Positions 1-64,000 of a DNA stretch of 64,000 bases are shown in pieces. A program made the translations under genes and the position numbers. The stretch lies in assembly GCA_051294375.1 (NCBI GenBank), contig CM119269.1, positions 14,953,918 through 15,017,917 on the forward strand, given 5' to 3'. Below the pieces are notes generated by a model. It saw only the letters and a list, made by a program, of their open reading frames with translations, did not search any database and was not told the origin of the DNA. Source of the stretch: Paraspadella gotoi (Eukaryota > Animalia > Chaetognatha). Position 1 is the stretch's first letter. Each line of letters starts with the position of its first letter.

Positions 1-262
1 AAATAAATTGTCATAGTTACGTATACTAAGAAATTGTCGATTTAAATTATGAGTTATGAGGTCAACCTTTCACAGTACAACAGTGTAGGATCAATTCCGA
101 ATAAAAATTCCTCAAATTTTTTTCTAAAAACCAGTATTTTCAATCCAGCTATGGGCTTAGAACCAGGATTGGTGAATTTTCTTCTTCCCGGTTAGATGAC
201 TGAAACCCGGGACCAGGAGGCCACAAGAGCTTCGGACATCTCGACTCTCCTTGAAACAACCT

Positions 263-505
263 TATGGTGGACTAAAATCTACCAACCGTTCGTCAGCGGC
301 CATTAGAGCCGGAGGCAAGTCATTCGCCTCCCAACTCAAAGGTCCGGGGTTCTAACCCGGTGGTCGCCTAGCAGTTAAGAGGGACGGGCCGCTTAACCTA
401 CCTGTAACACGGTGTTACAGCCTGATCCGAAGCTCAGGGACTGCTTATATTGAACGGTTCTGTCATTAATACATAACAATAGTTACTGTCTCTTCAACCT
501 TAACG
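263..505 (+). mobile_element. tRNA-Gly-derived SINE-like structured repeat, fullest copy
   Basis: 296-367 is a 72-nt tRNA-like unit: acceptor stem GCGGCCA/TGGTCGC, T-arm CCGGG..CCCGG, TCGC-CTCCCA anticodon region as in tRNA-Gly(CCC); D and anticodon stems are broken. The body recurs at 4765-4925. Confidence 0.65.
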
Positions 506-1875
506 GGCGAAAATCTCTTTAAAGTTAAAACACGTTGCCAAAAAAAATTACTTTATTTTTAATAACAATTTTTTAAGAGATGAATTAGTACATAATGGAC
601 TGATACACTAAACTCAATAGTGTAATTTTAAAATTTCATGTAGTAATTTTAACTTAATATAAATTAGCGTAAGTGTGACTTTGTGATCATCTATAATAAG
701 CAAAAAAATGTTTTATACAAGGGCCTAAATTTCTACTTTAAACATTATAAAATACTGACATCTAAATTTAAAAAATATCGATTGTCTCATTCAGAATTTT
801 AAAACCATGCTTTTATCAAATATCCAAACAATGTTTGAATTTTTTTAAACAGATAAAACTATTCTGGATTGAATTTAATTCTATATAATATGATCGCCTT
901 TATCAAGTTGGCAAAATTAAAACATGATGTGCAATAAAACAAATATCTTAAAACTATTTTTTAGTGAAAATATTTCACAGCTGAATAAAAGACCAAAATT
1001 TGTTTAACCTACTTTAAAAAATTGGTTAATACTTATTAAATAGATATTAACTATGCTCTATTCAACTGCGAAAAAGAACAACTCTGAAATGTGATATCCA
1101 AAAGATTATGTTAATGATTTGAGCAATTTAGAAGAAGGCCTTCTGGAATGAAAATAACAAACTGCAGGCTAATACGAAGAACCATGAACTTTTTTTAGAA
1201 TGCCATAAAGCATAGCAAAGACTTTTGTTGCAGATATGAAGTCATGCATAATTTAAAATTTGAGAAATTTCGAAAAAATTATATGAGCAAAAGAATGTGT
1301 GATTATTTGGAATTGAAATTTAAAATACCAGTAATTTTTTAATTTAAGGTTAAAATTTAGATTATTTTGTGAATGCAAAATATCGAAAAGTATTCTAGAA
1401 TTTTTGGTTCCTTTATTCATTTAGCTGTTTATTATCAATTTTATAAATTCGTAATGTATTAGCAAAAATATTTGATTAATTTAGGTAATGCTCTAAACTA
1501 AATTTTTTAGTGATAGTTATTTTTTCAAAAGTTAAATACAACTGATGTTGCTTTCAGGGAACCAGTGCCAGAGAACAAACTTTGTATGGCGATGTGTCAT
1601 TTTGGTTCGTTAATATTTCTTAACAAACAAAATCAAGAAAATATGATTATTTAACTTTGTGAAGTTAAAAAATTTAGCCTGAAAAATGATAAAACTTCAC
1701 ACGTTTTCCTTATATTTCTAACATAGTAATAATATTTTCTCTTTTAAAAAGAGAATTTTATCTGGTTAATAAATCACAGAATGATGATCAGCTTCAGTTC
1801 AAACGGGAATGAAATGTATCATAACGCATATCATAACACAAACAAAATGAAATTATTGAATTTGATAATAAGCGT

Positions 1876-60880
<59,005 letters not shown>

Positions 60881-61626
60881 TACTTGAAATTAGGACCCAA
60901 GGGTTCACTGAACTCTTAGCTCACGTTCCCTTCATCGCACCCCCCTCCCATTAACCCTTAAACGGGAAATCGATCCTTGGGGTGGAAACATGAAAAGATT
61001 GAATAATATACCGAAACAATTAATAAGTAAATAATCATAAAATATATATGTAAATAATAAAATATAAGCCCATTAAAAATATTTTTAAGCATATCTGTAC
61101 AGTAGCATCCGTCTAGAATTTCTGAGACGGCAAGCTCTGTAACTCGAATACAAATGATAATTCGAAAGCGAGTTTTTGTCTTGTTATCGAGTACTCATAT
61201 GGCTACTCCCCCTTCGGTAAGCCATTGCTCTAGTGCTCTAGTGCTCCATTCTAGCGATCGTTGCTTAGCGACGCGAAAAGAAATATCTTCGTCCTAAAAC
61301 GCGACGGGAAAACGAGTGGCGCCTCGTTGCCGTCCGACTGCGCGGGAAAATTCGAAAAGAGAATTTTTATGAGTCTTTGTTTTACAAAGGTTGTAATTTG
61401 TTGTTTTTATACTTTGTACTCAGAGCAATACAATCAAATAAATTAGAGAATTGAAATTAGTTCAATTCGTACCAATTTCATTTAGGTTACGTTACGCAAT
61501 GTGCCTCTATAAAATAGTTTTACTCTGCATTTATAAAGATTCCGTATATCTCGCAGGGACCATAGAATCTCTATGTCATTCTACTGAAAAACTTATGAAT
61601 GAATGGAAAATTAACCAGACAAACCA

Positions 61627-61716
61627 GTCGCCAGGCACAATAAGCGAGGCAGGCCTTTCGCCAGACACTATGAGTGAAGCAGGCCTGTCGCCAGGCACAA
61701 TGGGTGAAGCAGGCCC
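61627..61716. repeat. 30-bp unit x3
   Basis: gtcgccaggcacaataagcgaggcaggcct and two variants, head-to-tail. Confidence 0.9.
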
Positions 61717-61775
61717 GTCCCCATGAAGGGGAAAGTCTCGACGCCTGGCACAGGGATCGGGGACGGAATGAAGAG

Positions 61776-61907
<132 letters not shown>

Positions 61908-62454
61908 CAGGGACGGAATGAAGAGACGACGAAGAAAAACGACGGGACGAGAAACGAGAGATAAAACACAACAACAACAACAACAACATCAACAACTACA
62001 ATGCGCGAACAAAAAGTATCCTTTATAAAAACCAGCGAGTGTGGAGGAAAAAATTGAATAAAAATCGGAAGGAAAAAGAAGATATTGGAAAAAGATGTGG
62101 AAACGGGGTGGGGGAGAGGAAATGGAAAAAATAATAGGGGGAATGGAAAAAAATTGAAACGGGACAGAAATGGAAAAACGGAAACCGAACGAAAAAAAAA
62201 AAAAAAGAATTCGAAACAGAGAAAAAAAAAAAGAACAAACGGAGAGAATGTAAACAGTGGGGAACCTTTGAAAAAAAGATAGAAAATATAGAAAATAAAT
62301 AGAAAATATGACGAAGTTACTTTTTAAAAAAATAGAAGCATTAGTAAATAAACAACCAGACAAACCAGACATATTCCATGTTAGTTCCTTTCGTAAAAAC
62401 CGACCGCACGTCCGACAAAAAAGGTCAGCAAGATCGGGGCCGGTCAGAGAGAGA

Positions 62455-62533
<79 letters not shown>

Positions 62534-62748
62534 TTTTCTCTTTCTTCTGCCGAACCCAGTGGGGTAAGGGTCAGAGCTTTTTTTACAGTGGGACATGACG
62601 AATACAAAATAACGAACCGGATTTCCATCGGCGATGTCCTTTATGTATAGAATTTTGGGCAGAGTGGAAATCTCATGACCCTCTTTTTTTGGTGACCTCT
62701 TTTTACCGATTCTGGTTCAGTGCGAAAGGTCAAACTCAAATCCCGGCT

Positions 62749-62812
62749 GATTTATCAATATCCTCAATATGATTTATCAATATCCTCAATATGATTTATC
62801 AATATCCTCAAC
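62749..62812. repeat. 22-bp unit x3
   Basis: gatttatcaatatcctcaatat repeated. Confidence 0.9.
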
Positions 62813-63797
62813 ATCCTCAATTTATGAAAATTACAAAATTACTTGTTTCACTATTTTAAGTATTAGATTTTATAATATTCATTAAAAAATATCTATTATA
62901 AATTCTATATTTTTTTAATTATTATTATTTTGTATTAAATTTGGTTTTTGATAAACTAAGTCTGAAAATATTATATTATTAATGGGAGAGGGTTAGTATT
63001 AGTGTTAGTTTTTTTTTTTATGTGGAATCCAAAATATATCTGTTTATTATCTATTTTTATCTGTCCAACGAATCTCTAAAGATACCGGAAACCATATTGA
63101 GCTTTCATTTCCCTTCTCAATACATTATCTGCCATTGGGCGCAAACTCGAATCGAAAAAGAAAAAGAGCCATCGCGCCCCGACGCCAATGATCCGCAGCA
63201 GCAGTGGAGGCTGTTTCGCGCCGCTACGCAGTTAACGTTCCAATAACGAAAAGCAATAATTCCGTATCATCCACATCGGAATTTTCAAAAGGCCCCCACC
63301 TCCCATTAATCTCCGTTTCCCCTCCCTCTTCGTCAACAATCCCCTAATCTCCGTTTAATCCCCGGATTCGCAGTCCCCTTCAATCCCTCACTCATCCCCC
63401 CCTTTCTTCCCCTTCATACTCGCGTTCCCCCTCATCTCGACGCTGGAACGAAACGACAAAGACATATGCATCGGTCGCTGTTTCCCAGAGCAGAGAACCA
63501 CTTTCACTTTTATTGGGTTAAGAGATGGAAAAACCAACATATAAACACGAATAACTGCGAAGATGGGAAAAAATGGGGAAAAAAAAAAAAAAGAAAGATC
63601 AAATTGGAAATACGTACTATAAAAATAAAGAACGTGGGGAGGTTTTTTTAATTGCTAACGATTTAACACGGTTTGTCAATATTCTATTTATTTTTTTTTC
63701 CCTTTCTTTTATTTATTCATATTTGTTTATTTATTTTTGATTATTATTCTATTCATGTTTATTTGTTCATATTTTCTTTGTTTTTTTTTTGTTTTTT

Positions 63798-63861
<64 letters not shown>

Positions 63862-64000
63862 TCCTCCAAGACCTCTCTCAAAACCCCGCCATCCATTCAA
63901 CAAGGTCAATTTGCTCTGGCTGCCTTTTCCCCTCCGAGGTCATTTGGCAAAACTGCGACGATTAAATAAGTCAACGTTTCTTTCTTTAAAACTATTTCCT

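Overview
AT-rich metazoan (invertebrate-type) genomic scaffold with CpG-rich exons, dense microsatellites, two long N gaps and seven 25-N gaps. The 25-N gaps, together with duplicated, indel-ridden flanks, suggest noisy long-read gap filling. The main gene is a minus-strand Popeye-domain (BVES/POPDC-like) gene. I could read nine of its exons with matching splice phases: four at 58.7-60.5 kb and five at 1.9-5.6 kb; one expected internal exon was not found. The ~53 kb between the two halves contains a frameshifted Bel/Pao LTR retrotransposon (gag-PR-RT-RH-IN, minus strand) and three to four plus-strand FN3 exons of a LAR-type receptor tyrosine phosphatase. It also holds a Helentron/HINE-like repeat whose 65-bp internal unit is expanded to ~17 copies in one copy and single in another, exons of an unknown plus-strand gene with a candidate tail-anchored isoform, and a short dispersed repeat carrying a degenerate minimal hammerhead ribozyme. 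A tRNA-Gly-derived structured repeat occurs near the left end. Several large direct and inverted duplications abut 25-N gaps and are probably assembly artefacts or co-assembled haplotypes, so long-range gene order is uncertain.
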